Positions 36,662 through 48,000 of a stretch of DNA of 64,000 nucleotides are shown here, piece by piece. Position numbers and translations under genes: made by a program. This DNA is from a virus. Taxonomy: Duplodnaviria > Caudoviricetes. The notes beneath the pieces are model-generated. The model searched no databases, was not told where the DNA came from, and was given only the letters and a program-made list of their open reading frames with translations. Position 1 is the first letter of the stretch, and the number at the start of each line of letters is the position of its first letter. The DNA is taken from IMG/VR virus record IMGVR_UViG_2728369134_000004, positions 15,310 through 79,309 of that record; one strand, 5' to 3'.

Positions 36662-37447
36662 CTATTCTTTTGTATAGAAGTATTTAAGTCCTTTCGCATC
36701 TAACCATGCTGTTGCTCGATCTAGTTCATTCCCTTGGCGAAATGCTGTTTCAAATCTAACTAATCCTTGTTTATCTCCATATGAGATAATACGAGATTCA
36801 TAACCTAGGGCATCCATCATTCCTAACATCTCAGGTACTAACGCTGTACCAAACTCATACGTAACAACTTTGCTAAATTTATTCACTGTAATCTCCACCT
36901 CTCTGTTATTTGTACTTGATTGAATTGTTTTGCCAACAATAACCTCAGCTACCGCTTTAGCTGCCTTGTCAAAGTTAGCACGGTATTTTTGCATATCTGT
37001 TTCATTATCAATAAAGCAGATTTCTGGAAGTAGTCCGGTCTTCGTTTTATTAATCCAACCTAATTCTGTTGAAAACTTAATTCCTCTATCTCTTAATCCA
37101 AATGCATCGGCCATCGCTTTTGAAATTTTAGCTGCTAATTCTCTATTACCGTATGAAGGATGTAACCACACTTCACAACCTGTACCGCCTGGAGTGGCAT
37201 TTAAATGGAACTGTAAATCTACATCACTATCTTTAACTCGTAAGTGGTTATTTGCTGCATTATTCCAAACATCGTATTTTGTCGTTCCTACTTCGTCAGA
37301 ACAGTTCACATAATCCCATCCTGCTGATTGTACATATTTAGCAACTGCGTCAAGAAACCTTCTATCCTCCACATGTTCTTTCCCATAAGCGCTATTTGCA
37401 CCTTGTACGATACTATTGTGACCACCTGATCCTGCGAAACAACCCAT
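36662..37447 (-). CDS. Endolysin, N-acetylmuramoyl-L-alanine amidase (Amidase_3) with cell-wall binding domain
   Basis: GGH, E, QFHLNA, LPEICFIDN zinc amidase motifs. Confidence 0.92.
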   Translation of the reverse strand: MGCFAGSGGHNSIVQGANSAYGKEHVEDRRFLDAVAKYVQSAGWDYVNCSDEVGTTKYDVWNNAANNHLRVKDSDVDLQFHLNATPGGTGCEVWLHPSYGNRELAAKISKAMADAFGLRDRGIKFSTELGWINKTKTGLLPEICFIDNETDMQKYRANFDKAAKAVAEVIVGKTIQSSTNNREVEITVNKFSKVVTYEFGTALVPEMLGMMDALGYESRIISYGDKQGLVRFETAFRQGNELDRATAWLDAKGLKYFYTKE

Positions 37448-37463
37448 TATTCAACATCTCCTT

Positions 37464-37712
37464 TTAGTGTAAGTTATTTTTTTGTAATACATCTTTTTGT
37501 TGTAATCCTTTATTGCTTAAATAGTTATTCTTCCATGCCATATATAGAGTGAAAGCTCCTGTAATTACTGCCACTAAATCGTTTGTAATTTTGTCATCAA
37601 TCGTTTGGTACCCAATAAGATTCAAAACACTGTTAATCACAGCGATTACTAATACGACATAACGACTAATTGAAGCTGCATCAAAGTTTTTCATAACCTC
37701 ACCTCCTTTCAA
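37464..37712 (-). CDS. Holin (SPP1 family)
   Basis: Two TM segments, AWKNNYLS. Confidence 0.88.
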   Translation of the reverse strand: MKGGEVMKNFDAASISRYVVLVIAVINSVLNLIGYQTIDDKITNDLVAVITGAFTLYMAWKNNYLSNKGLQQKDVLQKNNLH

Positions 37713-37736
37713 TAAAAAAAGTGACCGTATATACGA

Positions 37737-37976
37737 TCACTTCCCTGCGAATTTAAAAAGAGCCATTATCCCACCAGTGATAATAGCTCCAACTACTGTA
37801 GTACCAATCCAAAATACGAATTTATCTAATCGATCAATCCTCAAATGAGCACTTTTCGCTGACTGCTGCGCTTCAATTGCAACATCCTTAACGTTACCAA
37901 GCGTATCTAACTTTGTTTCCACCCTTGTTAATCCAACTAATAATTCCTTAAAGTCATCATGTTTTTGTTCTGGCAT
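37737..37976 (-). CDS. xhlA: XhlA-family lysis protein
   Basis: LTRVETKLD...AHLRID plus a C-terminal TM. Confidence 0.8.
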   Translation of the reverse strand: MPEQKHDDFKELLVGLTRVETKLDTLGNVKDVAIEAQQSAKSAHLRIDRLDKFVFWIGTTVVGAIITGGIMALFKFAGK

Positions 37977-37991
37977 TTATTAAGCCTCCTT

Positions 37992-38960
37992 TTAAGCTGC
38001 AAAGCAACTTGGATCCATTCCGAAAATATCTGCAATATCTTCCTCACTCCTATCTTTTAAATAGGATTGTGTTGTCGAAATATCCGAATGATTTGCAAGT
38101 GATTTTAATTTTTCGAGTGGTACACCTTGCACTTTTAAATTATCTAATCTGCTATGACGAAAACAGTGAGGATTCATTTTATATTCCTTACCTTCTTTTT
38201 CGTATAACATCTTAGAAAATATCTTGCACCAGTAATTAAATGCGCTCTTATTTAAAAGTTTTCGTTCACCATTCTTATAAACTCGTACGAACAAATCTGG
38301 AATAGCATCTTTACCGCGCTGTTCTATATATAAACGAATACATTTCTGTACTCGGGGATTATAATACAATCTGAATTTCTTACCTCGCTTACCACGTACT
38401 ACATTCGTAAAATAACGTTCTGTTAGTTCTTCTTTTTGAACTTGGTAAACTTCATTCTTCCTTGCTGCACTGTAGTAAGAAAGCGCTAAATAGGTTGCTA
38501 ACATATATTTCTCTTGTTTAAGTAATTCATCGATTAACCACTCAATTTGTTCTTCAGTTATAAAAGTGATTTCTCTGACTGGATTCTTAGGTAATCCGCG
38601 GACCCGTGAACCTACATTAAATTCATACTCATAGTCATCATCGTCCGCACAAAATTCAAGTGCTGAACGCAATGCACTCATTAATCCATTCACACGTGCA
38701 TTAGACATTCCCAGCTCTTGAAAAATAATAGATAAGTTTCGAATATCTTTACGTGTTAATTCAGTTAGATTTTTATTTTCGAAGTGTTCATGTATTAGAA
38801 ACAAAATAATTCGTAAATCCCAATTGTATTGTTTTAAAGTGCTTGCCGCTTTCCCTTGTGCTTTCTTTTCGATTAGAAAATCTTTGACTAGGTTTTTGTT
38901 TTCTTGGCTAACATGCTTTTCATAAATTGCTTGGTCTACTATTCGTTTCACAATGATCAT
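37992..38960 (-). CDS. Tyrosine recombinase (Xer-like)
   Basis: Catalytic R (ARKNE), K (GKRGK), HxxR (HCFRH), H (ANH), Y (TQSY). Confidence 0.92.
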   Translation of the reverse strand: MIIVKRIVDQAIYEKHVSQENKNLVKDFLIEKKAQGKAASTLKQYNWDLRIILFLIHEHFENKNLTELTRKDIRNLSIIFQELGMSNARVNGLMSALRSALEFCADDDDYEYEFNVGSRVRGLPKNPVREITFITEEQIEWLIDELLKQEKYMLATYLALSYYSAARKNEVYQVQKEELTERYFTNVVRGKRGKKFRLYYNPRVQKCIRLYIEQRGKDAIPDLFVRVYKNGERKLLNKSAFNYWCKIFSKMLYEKEGKEYKMNPHCFRHSRLDNLKVQGVPLEKLKSLANHSDISTTQSYLKDRSEEDIADIFGMDPSCFAA

Positions 38961-39054
38961 CTCCTCAAAATAAAAAGAGAAGCGAAATCGCTCCTCTTGA
39001 TCTATGAATTGAATTTTTACTCAAAGCCGTATTTTGTTCAAAATAAAAAGCCCA

Positions 39055-39201
39055 CTATTGTGTGCTATCGGTAATTAAATCTGCTCTTCCATTGTCAGTT
39101 AGGTATTTATCAATTCGTTCTTTATATACCTTCATTTTTACAATGATAAATGCATACGTAAAAACTTCATCGATTACTCGTTGTGCCATATACTCTGCCA
39201 C
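39055..39201 (-). CDS. Small tail-associated protein (48 aa)
   Basis: MAEYMAQRVIDEVFTY...RIDKYLTDNGRADLI; AAGGAG RBS. Confidence 0.6.
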   Translation of the reverse strand: MAEYMAQRVIDEVFTYAFIIVKMKVYKERIDKYLTDNGRADLITDSTQ

Positions 39202-39218
39202 TTTGCATCTACTCCTTT

Positions 39219-39725
39219 CTATTGAATACCTGCAATAATCATTTCATCCATTGCTTTCTGCATTAGTTCCATTTGCTTTTTAAGTATTTCTAACTCTGAC
39301 GGTTCTTCAGGTTGCGGTTCAACAGGTTCTGGCTCAACTGTTTTAACCCATTTACCATCCTTGAATACAGGCTCGTAACCTAACCAAGGGCAAACTTCTA
39401 AAGTACAGTTTTCAGGAATGTCAGGCTCATAACCAATTACAACATCCTCCTCGTATGGCACTTGGATAGTTTCATACTCTACATTTGACATTACACAGTC
39501 AGGACACTCGTACTTACTAATTGGTCCTGCTTCGTCCTCTTGATCCGGCTCATAAGTACCATCCTCAATTGACTGGTGAAGTTCACATAATTTCTCTTCT
39601 GTGACAACTTCTTTTTGTTCTTCTCTGTAGAAAGTCTGTTTTTCGTAAATTGGTTTTTCATCAATAGGAATCATTTCAGTGAACTTCCCGTTTTCGTCAT
39701 AACAATAACCGTAATATTTAGCCAT
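39219..39725 (-). CDS. Tail fibre-associated protein
   Basis: YCYDENGKF N-terminus, PEEPSELE C-terminus; synteny. Confidence 0.65.
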   Translation of the reverse strand: MAKYYGYCYDENGKFTEMIPIDEKPIYEKQTFYREEQKEVVTEEKLCELHQSIEDGTYEPDQEDEAGPISKYECPDCVMSNVEYETIQVPYEEDVVIGYEPDIPENCTLEVCPWLGYEPVFKDGKWVKTVEPEPVEPQPEEPSELEILKKQMELMQKAMDEMIIAGIQ

Positions 39726-39737
39726 TTGGTTTCCTCC

Positions 39738-41009
39738 TTAATCTGCTACGTAAGTGAACGCTATATTAAAACGTTTGCCTTTTGAAGTATTATCAGCAAA
39801 GTGTACTTCACCGTTGTATCTAAACATAATACGTGATGGTATTCCGTCTGTTGATACACCTGTAAAGTTTATAGTGTCTGTTGGTCTCATTCCCTCAGGA
39901 AGTGTTGTTATAATCGGGTCTGTTGAATCTGCGTTTCTAATTGCGTCCAACCAAACTGTTACTGTATTACCTCTGCGGGTTACTATCTGCGGATTAGCAC
40001 TCCCTGGCGTAGCATTAGCCGTTAAAGTTAATGTAGCTTTGCCGTCTTTCTCTTTAGTAGCGATCTCCCTTGAAGTAGCCTCTCCTTCTTTTCGTAAAAA
40101 AGCCTTACCTGTAGGAGTGCTAATCATGAAACCATAATCAGTTGTATTCCCTGCGTTATATAGCAGTCTTACCTTTTTAGAACCATCTGCAACAATTAAA
40201 TCGACTGAAGGAATTCCCTTTTGGATTTCAAGATTTCCTGTCATAGTATCTCCGGTTTTCTTTACAAGATTGGAATCTCCCAAGACATTGACTGTAGCCC
40301 CACTCCCTAAACGAACTTCTTTCGTTGCAGGTCTGTACTCGAAAGGAATTACATTCTGAGGGGCATCCCATAACACAAAGTAATTTGAACCGTTTAGCCC
40401 CATTCGGATTGCTTCAGAGTTTTCTAAATCCCATGAGATGCTTCTCCACCCTGCCCCACTTGCTGGAGACTTGTCTATGCGGATATTACCTGTCATCGTT
40501 CCGCCCGTTTTCGGTAACGCTCCCTTTGCTAATTCCCCAGCTGCAATAGTCCCGTTAATATCTACACCTTCAAGTTTCTTACCTGCTTCAATTGCTTTTT
40601 GAATAATTGTAAATTCATTTGTGGACTCAACTGCTTCATCGCTTGCCAACGAATCATTTACTACAAAAAAGAACTTTTGTGTATCAATGATTCTATCCTC
40701 TTCCTCAATATGGATCTGTGCAATTACATTACCAACTGAAGTCAAAGTTTGAGTCTTTAATACAATTTGATATTTTCCCTTCATTGCATTAATCGGTTGG
40801 CAATCGTTTTGGAATACACGAGTTCCATCCGGCTTTTTAAATGACATTCGTACCGATTTCGCTTGGCTTAAATCAAGCTCCGCACCTTTATTTGTTATTG
40901 TTACTAATAATTTAGCGGAGTTTCTATCATTTTGAGAAAAGCGATTGGAACAAGTTGTTGATGTATCATGTACTAAATCTACGTTAATTTCATAGGTCTT
41001 AAATGTCAT
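39738..41009 (-). CDS. BppU-domain baseplate/receptor-binding protein
   Basis: RFSQNDRNSAKL BppU N-terminus; GGTMTG/GDTMTG fibre repeats; TLPEGMRP. Confidence 0.85.
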   Translation of the reverse strand: MTFKTYEINVDLVHDTSTTCSNRFSQNDRNSAKLLVTITNKGAELDLSQAKSVRMSFKKPDGTRVFQNDCQPINAMKGKYQIVLKTQTLTSVGNVIAQIHIEEEDRIIDTQKFFFVVNDSLASDEAVESTNEFTIIQKAIEAGKKLEGVDINGTIAAGELAKGALPKTGGTMTGNIRIDKSPASGAGWRSISWDLENSEAIRMGLNGSNYFVLWDAPQNVIPFEYRPATKEVRLGSGATVNVLGDSNLVKKTGDTMTGNLEIQKGIPSVDLIVADGSKKVRLLYNAGNTTDYGFMISTPTGKAFLRKEGEATSREIATKEKDGKATLTLTANATPGSANPQIVTRRGNTVTVWLDAIRNADSTDPIITTLPEGMRPTDTINFTGVSTDGIPSRIMFRYNGEVHFADNTSKGKRFNIAFTYVAD

Positions 41010-41064
41010 AGAATCACTCCTTTATGCAAAATAAAAAAGACCAGCCGTTGCTGCTCCATCTGTT

Positions 41065-43527
41065 TTAACTAATTAATTTTTGAACTAATTTTTCTAGGGC
41101 TTCCACACGTGTATTCATACTTTCCATATCAGCTTGATGGCTTTCTTTTAATGCTTGGATTTCTGCATCATGCTTTTGATCTAATTCTTGAACGGCTGCC
41201 GTAAGTATTGATAATGTGGCATAATCTTTTATTCCATCCTTCTCGGGCGTTGTAAATATATCATCCGTTTCTTCAGCAATTAAACCGTAATACGTTTCGA
41301 TATCAGCTGTTGTGTAAGGTTCTACGCGGTCTGCCGGTTTATTCATTCGCATTTGGTACAGATCATACATATCCTTTTTCAGAACATATTTTTTCACTTT
41401 CAATCCTCTTATTTTTTCAAGTGGAGAAAATGGAAGGTCATGTATAGATGCTTTAATTTTTTCTGTCGATCTGTTTATATGCTCTATGGCATAAGAATTT
41501 TGTTCTGCCCACAAGTTTGTATCTGAACGAATTCCCCCATGTGCGGTTATCTCAGATACTTCTAGCCCTCGAAATTCATTACCGAATACATTTTTTATTT
41601 GCAGTAATTTATCGTATCCCTTTGCTGTGGACGAACGTATCATGTGATTTCCACCCAAAGTTAGATCATTATCGCCGCTATTATTACGCTGCACTTCTAC
41701 AACGGTTTTGCCTGCATGGTTCATAGAAACACCATGTTCACCATCTACAACAAGAGAACCCTTAGAATTAAGCCACATACTTGTTTGTGCTGTGATGCCT
41801 ATGTTCCCTTGTGCTGTTAAGCGGATATTACTTTCAGCACCATTTAAATCTATAAAACGTAAATAAAGTCCACCGCCATCCTTATAAATGGTACCGACAT
41901 TCCGCCCAGTCCCATCCCCCTGACCGAATGTAATGTAAGGATTAAAAGTGCTACTGTTGTATTCATTCTCAAACCCCATTATCATTTTAGGGACACCCTG
42001 ATTAACAAACTTCAACACTTGATTCTGCATATGAATATGTTCTTTAGTGTTACTAGTTTTGATGGTCATACCTTCAAGTAATCCTGCAATTAACCATTCG
42101 GCTTTTACTTTACCAACCAGATCAATAAGTTCTGAATTTATAAGTACACTTTGCGGAGTTATATTTAATTCGGAAGCAATATCGCCTTTCCCGACTTTTG
42201 CCTTTATTTCTCTCGCGTTAACATCTAATGTGGATGATAATTTTTCCATCTTCTGATTGACAGCTTGGGCATTTAAACGTATTGATTCATCTGTTTGCTC
42301 AAGACTTGTCTTCATAGCAATTAATCTTTCATTAAAACCACTTGAAGTATCTTCTACCTGCTTTTCTAGTAGCTTCAACGCTTCGTTGCTTGCTTTATCC
42401 CATAGGGAATTTCGAATCTTATTGTATAGCTTGAGCATTTCTTCTCTTGTATCGATGACCTCTATATAATCACCAAACACATATTTATTTTCAGACGGAT
42501 TCGTAAATGATTCATCACCAGCGATAGCGCGAGCGATTAGATACAATTCCGGTGTAAACCCTGTATCTTTAATCCTTATAATGTCACCTTCTGCAACTTC
42601 CTCGTGTGATAATCCAAATATCTTATCAAGTGCAATTGCATCGACTTCATATTGAACAGTCGAATTCATCCGTTTTTTAAATTCAATTTTCATCAGTGCC
42701 ATTAATCGCTCTGGTGTCATGTTTTGATCTTCTGTTTCAGGTGTATAAAAACCAAATTTATGCTGACCGTTTTCATTCCAACGCTGAAAGGCTGAACTAT
42801 CGACAATATAAGGGAGACCATTATTAATACTCTCCACCGTTATTAATTTGTCATTTTCCCCTCTTACAAATCCAACTAATGCCGTACAAATGTTACTCGA
42901 GTTTTCTCTGCGGACAATGCCTTTTAAATCTTTACCTAAAGTTACCTCTTTACCAGTGTCTTTTCCCTGTCTTTGCACCATATCTACATAACGGCCAACA
43001 ATTCGAGAACCGATAACTTCAACTCGAAATACAATTTCCAAATCAAAAAGAGCAGCAATGTCCTTTAGAAATTTTAACGGATCAATAAACTCATCGATTG
43101 TCATGGTATGAAAACCAGAATACTCAATAAATCCTATTTCATACTTCGTTCCAGCTAAGGCAATAGAAGTTAATTCGCGTGCCGTTTTCGATTCGAATCG
43201 TTGCGGTTTAATAACCCCTGCCTTTTTTAATAAAACCCATTCTGCAGAAGCATATACCGTAAGGGAACGGCCATCTGAACTTTTAGCTGTATCATCGATT
43301 ACATACGGGACTATACGCCCGCCACTAACTTCTTTTAGCACTAAATTTTGTTGCATTAATGTTGCTGCTTGTTCAGTTCCATCGAAAACAGTGAAATCAA
43401 GTATATCTACATTGTTCTTAATTTCCCAATGACGTTTATCGTCCCAATAATCACTTGATTGGAGAGCAGATATAATTTCACCTGATTGGAAATCTGCAAT
43501 ATGAAGCGTTCCGCTAGGCTTTCTCAT
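41065..43527 (-). CDS. Tail spike/Tal protein with C-terminal intramolecular chaperone
   Basis: Prophage tail endopeptidase-like N-terminus; S74-like STEKIK...GLIAEE plus coiled coil. Confidence 0.85.
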   Translation of the reverse strand: MRKPSGTLHIADFQSGEIISALQSSDYWDDKRHWEIKNNVDILDFTVFDGTEQAATLMQQNLVLKEVSGGRIVPYVIDDTAKSSDGRSLTVYASAEWVLLKKAGVIKPQRFESKTARELTSIALAGTKYEIGFIEYSGFHTMTIDEFIDPLKFLKDIAALFDLEIVFRVEVIGSRIVGRYVDMVQRQGKDTGKEVTLGKDLKGIVRRENSSNICTALVGFVRGENDKLITVESINNGLPYIVDSSAFQRWNENGQHKFGFYTPETEDQNMTPERLMALMKIEFKKRMNSTVQYEVDAIALDKIFGLSHEEVAEGDIIRIKDTGFTPELYLIARAIAGDESFTNPSENKYVFGDYIEVIDTREEMLKLYNKIRNSLWDKASNEALKLLEKQVEDTSSGFNERLIAMKTSLEQTDESIRLNAQAVNQKMEKLSSTLDVNAREIKAKVGKGDIASELNITPQSVLINSELIDLVGKVKAEWLIAGLLEGMTIKTSNTKEHIHMQNQVLKFVNQGVPKMIMGFENEYNSSTFNPYITFGQGDGTGRNVGTIYKDGGGLYLRFIDLNGAESNIRLTAQGNIGITAQTSMWLNSKGSLVVDGEHGVSMNHAGKTVVEVQRNNSGDNDLTLGGNHMIRSSTAKGYDKLLQIKNVFGNEFRGLEVSEITAHGGIRSDTNLWAEQNSYAIEHINRSTEKIKASIHDLPFSPLEKIRGLKVKKYVLKKDMYDLYQMRMNKPADRVEPYTTADIETYYGLIAEETDDIFTTPEKDGIKDYATLSILTAAVQELDQKHDAEIQALKESHQADMESMNTRVEALEKLVQKLIS

Positions 43528-45011
43528 AGATATCTCTCCCTAAACGATACTGTCGCTTTCACATCAGGTGGTGATATATCAATTCTGTTATATCCCTTTA
43601 TAATTGTCGGAAATTCACTGAAAATATCCTTTATATTTATAGCGTTCTTACCATTGATTGTAACGAGACTTCTTTCCGTATCAATGACAATTTTGTCGCC
43701 AACATCATAGATAAATGACCTTGCGTTCTCATCAACCTTATTTACTTTCCAAATTTTCAAATCATCAATTTGCATGATATCAACTGGTGTGCAGTTATCC
43801 CATTTACAAATCGCAATCATAACTTGCGCAATTTTTCGGTTTGTCATCGGTGTATTATCTACATCATGCCATTGTTCGACTAGAGAAGCATCATCTGTTT
43901 CGGTACCATCTTTAAATTTAGCTACATAAACAGACCATTGTTTCCCTCTTCTAGCAATGCGTAAGCGACCTCGGAACTTATTAAACGTAGTCGTGTACCC
44001 TCCGCTTGTATCTACTAATTTCTTAATACTATTAGGCGTTCCGCTGTTCCCAACTCTCATATAAGCTTTTGTAATTTCAGCATTATCGTATAGATCGTTC
44101 ATATTGATACGTGCTACTATATTGCTTGCATCGTCTAGTAGAAGAACTTCAACACGTCCCATTTCACCAACGTTTTTTGACTGTAAAGTCATCCTTGCTT
44201 CCATCTCAAAATCTTGTAATGGTCCACCCGGAATGTTTTTCTTAGCTATTGCGCCATAGAACCCTTTATCTTGTCCGAAGTTTTCACAATACAGCGCGTG
44301 GCCGTCTCTTGATTTGAAACTACCTGTACCCTTCATTTCTTCAACTTGCCCAGTAACAGGAGTCCAACCTATAGGTGAACCCATTTCATCCCACATCACA
44401 CGTTCGCGCGCTTGTACTGGTGTTTCCTCTACAGTTCGCGGATAACCCAGACGGAAATAATCGCGATTATTCGGATATTCTCCAAACCAAACATCTAAAA
44501 ACGTTGATGGCTTTTTAACCTCAATTTCAATTATTGGCGGAGCTTCTACGCTTCCCTGATTCGTTAAGTATGCTGTTGTTTCAGTAGACCAACTTTGAAC
44601 AAATTCGCTTTTTTTAGTTGCTCCTAATTTATAAGGCATCGGACAAATAAATGTAAGAGTTCCTTTCCCTCTAAACACCAACTCATCAAGGTCAACACTT
44701 CCATCTAATACTGCTAAATATGTTCTATCCGGTTCATCATCAAAAACTAATTCACACGGTTGATCTGTCATTAGCCAATTTGCTAAATCTTCTTTGATTT
44801 TTTGTAAATCACTCTGATTCTTCGCTTTAATAACAAAAGGAACATCAATTTGACGTTCCTCTGTTACTGTATTTAATAAATATCCCCCTGGTCGATGAGG
44901 TACCTTTAACAATTCTCTCCGAACAGGAGCTAACACTGGACGATTAAAACCCATCAATAAATAAATATAATCTTTACGAATATTATTAAATGTAAAACTT
45001 GAATTACCCAG
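43524..45011 (-). CDS. Distal tail protein (evolved Dit)
   Basis: LVFDDEPDRTY, FICPMPYK motifs; frame open upstream to a CTG behind a GAGAGGGGG RBS (MGNSSFTFNNIRKDY). Confidence 0.88.
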   Translation of the reverse strand: MGNSSFTFNNIRKDYIYLLMGFNRPVLAPVRRELLKVPHRPGGYLLNTVTEERQIDVPFVIKAKNQSDLQKIKEDLANWLMTDQPCELVFDDEPDRTYLAVLDGSVDLDELVFRGKGTLTFICPMPYKLGATKKSEFVQSWSTETTAYLTNQGSVEAPPIIEIEVKKPSTFLDVWFGEYPNNRDYFRLGYPRTVEETPVQARERVMWDEMGSPIGWTPVTGQVEEMKGTGSFKSRDGHALYCENFGQDKGFYGAIAKKNIPGGPLQDFEMEARMTLQSKNVGEMGRVEVLLLDDASNIVARINMNDLYDNAEITKAYMRVGNSGTPNSIKKLVDTSGGYTTTFNKFRGRLRIARRGKQWSVYVAKFKDGTETDDASLVEQWHDVDNTPMTNRKIAQVMIAICKWDNCTPVDIMQIDDLKIWKVNKVDENARSFIYDVGDKIVIDTERSLVTINGKNAINIKDIFSEFPTIIKGYNRIDISPPDVKATVSFRERYL

Positions 45012-45028
45012 TATGTGTACCCCCTCTC

Positions 45029-48000
45029 TTAAGAAAACTTAGCCAACCTAATAGCATTTCGATCATTAATATCTTTTATATCTGTAGCTAACAATTCACC
45101 AACGACTTTCTTGTCCATAATTAAATAAGTGGGAGAATTATTCCCACTTAATGAATCGTTATTTAAGATCCTACTAGCACTGTTATCTCTTTCTGGAGAA
45201 CCACCGCTACTACTCTTTACATTTGCAACTGCATTAATATCTGGAAGGTCTAACAACTCATTCATTAATCCACTCACTTTTGGAAAAGCTAGTTTTATAC
45301 TATCGGAGATTGGACCGCCAAAGTCTAAATGATCCAAATCACTTAATGGTCCTGTTTTTGCAGGAGAAAACGGTAGGAAATCACGTACTTTCCCTGCGAT
45401 ATCAGACATTGTACCTAAAACACTATCTTTCATACTAATTAAACCTTTTTTAAGCATTTCCATTAAGCCCTTACCTGCATTGAAGAATGTATCTTTGGCA
45501 TTATTTAGTTGATCAGTCATACTCTTTATTACGTTATTTTTAATTGTACTTCCTAGCTCTCCTACTAGAGAGATAATACCCTTGATAAGTTCAGCGAGAA
45601 TTCTCATACCAGCATTCCAAATTTTAGGTAAATTAGCAATTAAAACCCTTGCTATTTCAACAATAAGTTTTAGCGCTGTATCTAATAATTGAGGGAGAAT
45701 CTGAATAATCCCCCTAATCAATTCTTGTAGAATTTTCATCCCAGCAGCCCAAATTTTAGGCATATTTTGCATCAGAATGTTAACCAGTTGAACAATCAAT
45801 TGAATCCCCATTTCGATCAATTGAGGGAGAATTTTTAAAATCCCTTCGATTAGCGCTGTCAAAATTTTCATCCCTGCATCGATTATTTTCGGAAGATTCT
45901 GAATTAACATCTCGCAAACTTTAGTTATCAGCATTACGGCTGTTTGGATCAAATTTGGTAAAATCTTTAAAATTCCATCTATTAAAGCCATTAGAATTTT
46001 TATTCCCGCCTCAATGATTTGGGGTAGTAAAACTGCTATCGCATTCGCTAACGTGGTTATCATTTGCAAAGCCGCGTTTATAATTTGAGGCAAATTTTGT
46101 ATAATCCCGTCGATTATCGCCATCAAAATTTTGATTCCTGCATCTAAAATTAAAGGTAATAAAGTTCCAATTGTGTTAACGAGAGAATTCACCAATTCAA
46201 CGGATACTTGCACGAGCGTAGTCACCACAACAGGCAAAACTTGCACAACTCCATTTATTAAAAATGTCAATATTTTGATACCTTGCTCTAGGAATTGCGG
46301 CAGGTAAGTTGTAAGAATCGTTACGATTCCAGTAATCATGTTTGTTATTGTCGTAGTTAAAAGTGGTAACATCAAATTGATACCGTTCACGATTGTAGGA
46401 AGGAAATGGGATGCCGTAATTAGTAATGCAGGTAACCCGCCGAGTAGCATTCCTATCAGTGTAGGCATGATTGTCATGAAGATTTGTCCGAGTTGAGAGG
46501 TATCTCCACCTAGAGCCAATTTAACAGCCTCTACTAAACTAGAAATAGCTGTTTTGATAGTTAGAATTGCATTACCTATTAGAACACCTGCCGTTTGAAA
46601 TCCTACAGGCATAAGATTTAACCAACCATTCATTAAACTTCCTGTAGATACGACAGAAAGAATATATCTTCCGAAATTTAAGAATGTATATCCTACTTGA
46701 TCAAGCGGACCAAATAATGATGTAAATGACTCTGACATTGTTGCAATAACATTTCCTACTGCCATAGCTGCATTCTGCCAACTGACAGGAAGATGAGTAA
46801 TCCAATCATTCAGGCTATCTCCATCTAAAGCAGCAAAGTAAAAATACTTCCCTAAAGCTACAATTGATTGTCCAAATGAGTTAACTGCCAACACGGCTGG
46901 AGCGATTGAATTCGCTAATCCTTGTACACTTGGCGGTAAAGCATTTAACGCGTCAGAAAAGATATTTCCTGTTAGGGCCACATTTATTAAATAGCTACCT
47001 AACTGCGTCAAATCTTTCCCTAATTGCATTGTAGCACCGAATAATGAAATAATATGACCTCTTATCGTCGATACAGCTTGTCCAGTAGCCATTACAGCAC
47101 CTTGCCAAGATTCAGGTAGATGCGTAATCCAATCGTTGAGATGATCGCCATCTAAAGCTGTGTAGTAAAGATATTTCCCCAAACTAGCCATATTGGAACC
47201 GAACTCTAAAGATTTCTTACCTGCTGTAGCAAATCCCGTTTGCAGGGCTTTTATGCTATTCTGAACCATATCTGATTTGTAAGCACTTTGGATTAATTCA
47301 GATGTATTTTTAACAAGCGCACTCCCGAAATCTTTAATACTTTTAATAGTCCCGTCTACAAATCCCTTGAATTTCTCATTCGTTTTATAAAAATGGGTGA
47401 ATCCTACCGTTAACCCTGCTATAGCTGCCGCTAATATCCATACAGGAGTTGACATTGTAGCGAACGCAGTCACTACCGGCATTATAATAGGCCGTAATGC
47501 GAATAGAATCGCTCTCAATCCTCTGAAATATCCAACACCGAGTGCTAAAGGTAACATAAGTGCCATTAATGCAGGGACTAGCATAATAGTACCTTGAATA
47601 AATTTTGCCATGACAGGGTGCGCTTCATTGAATGCTATAGTTAATTCTGCTAGTTTCGTAACAAAGTTGAAGATAGGAATTGCAACAGCAGCGAAAGCTT
47701 GTCTCATTGGTTCTAGAGCCTTTGTTAGTTTCTCCATCATCTCATTAAACGCTTCTGCGTATTTAGGGTTCATTTCCATGTTAGCTTTGTGTAAAGCTCC
47801 ATACATGAATAGAACAGACATCCCGACACCAATCGCAACGAAAGGCATCCCCATCATAACAGTATTAAGCCTCATCGCTTCATCCGTTAGGGTTTTCATG
47901 CTCGCTTGTGGTCCGTGTAATTCAAGAGCGATCTGAGCGGCAGAACCACTACGAGCCACCCTATCCAAACTATCTACTAAAGCCAGAGCAGGTCTAGCAG

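Noticed and set aside
36316-36699. 127-aa minus-strand ORF
   Set aside because: Antisense to the HTH gene 36389-36622 and crosses the bidirectional terminator
37992-38960. Recombinase as a chromosomal integrase marking a prophage end
   Set aside because: It lies inside the late operon between tail and lysis genes, with no host DNA or att duplication visible
39738-43527. Diversity-generating retroelement or invertible tail-fibre cassette
   Set aside because: No reverse transcriptase, template/variable repeat pair or inverted alternative fibre ends seen
45500-47200. Periodic repeats in tape measure B
   Set aside because: Expected helical repeats of tape measure proteins
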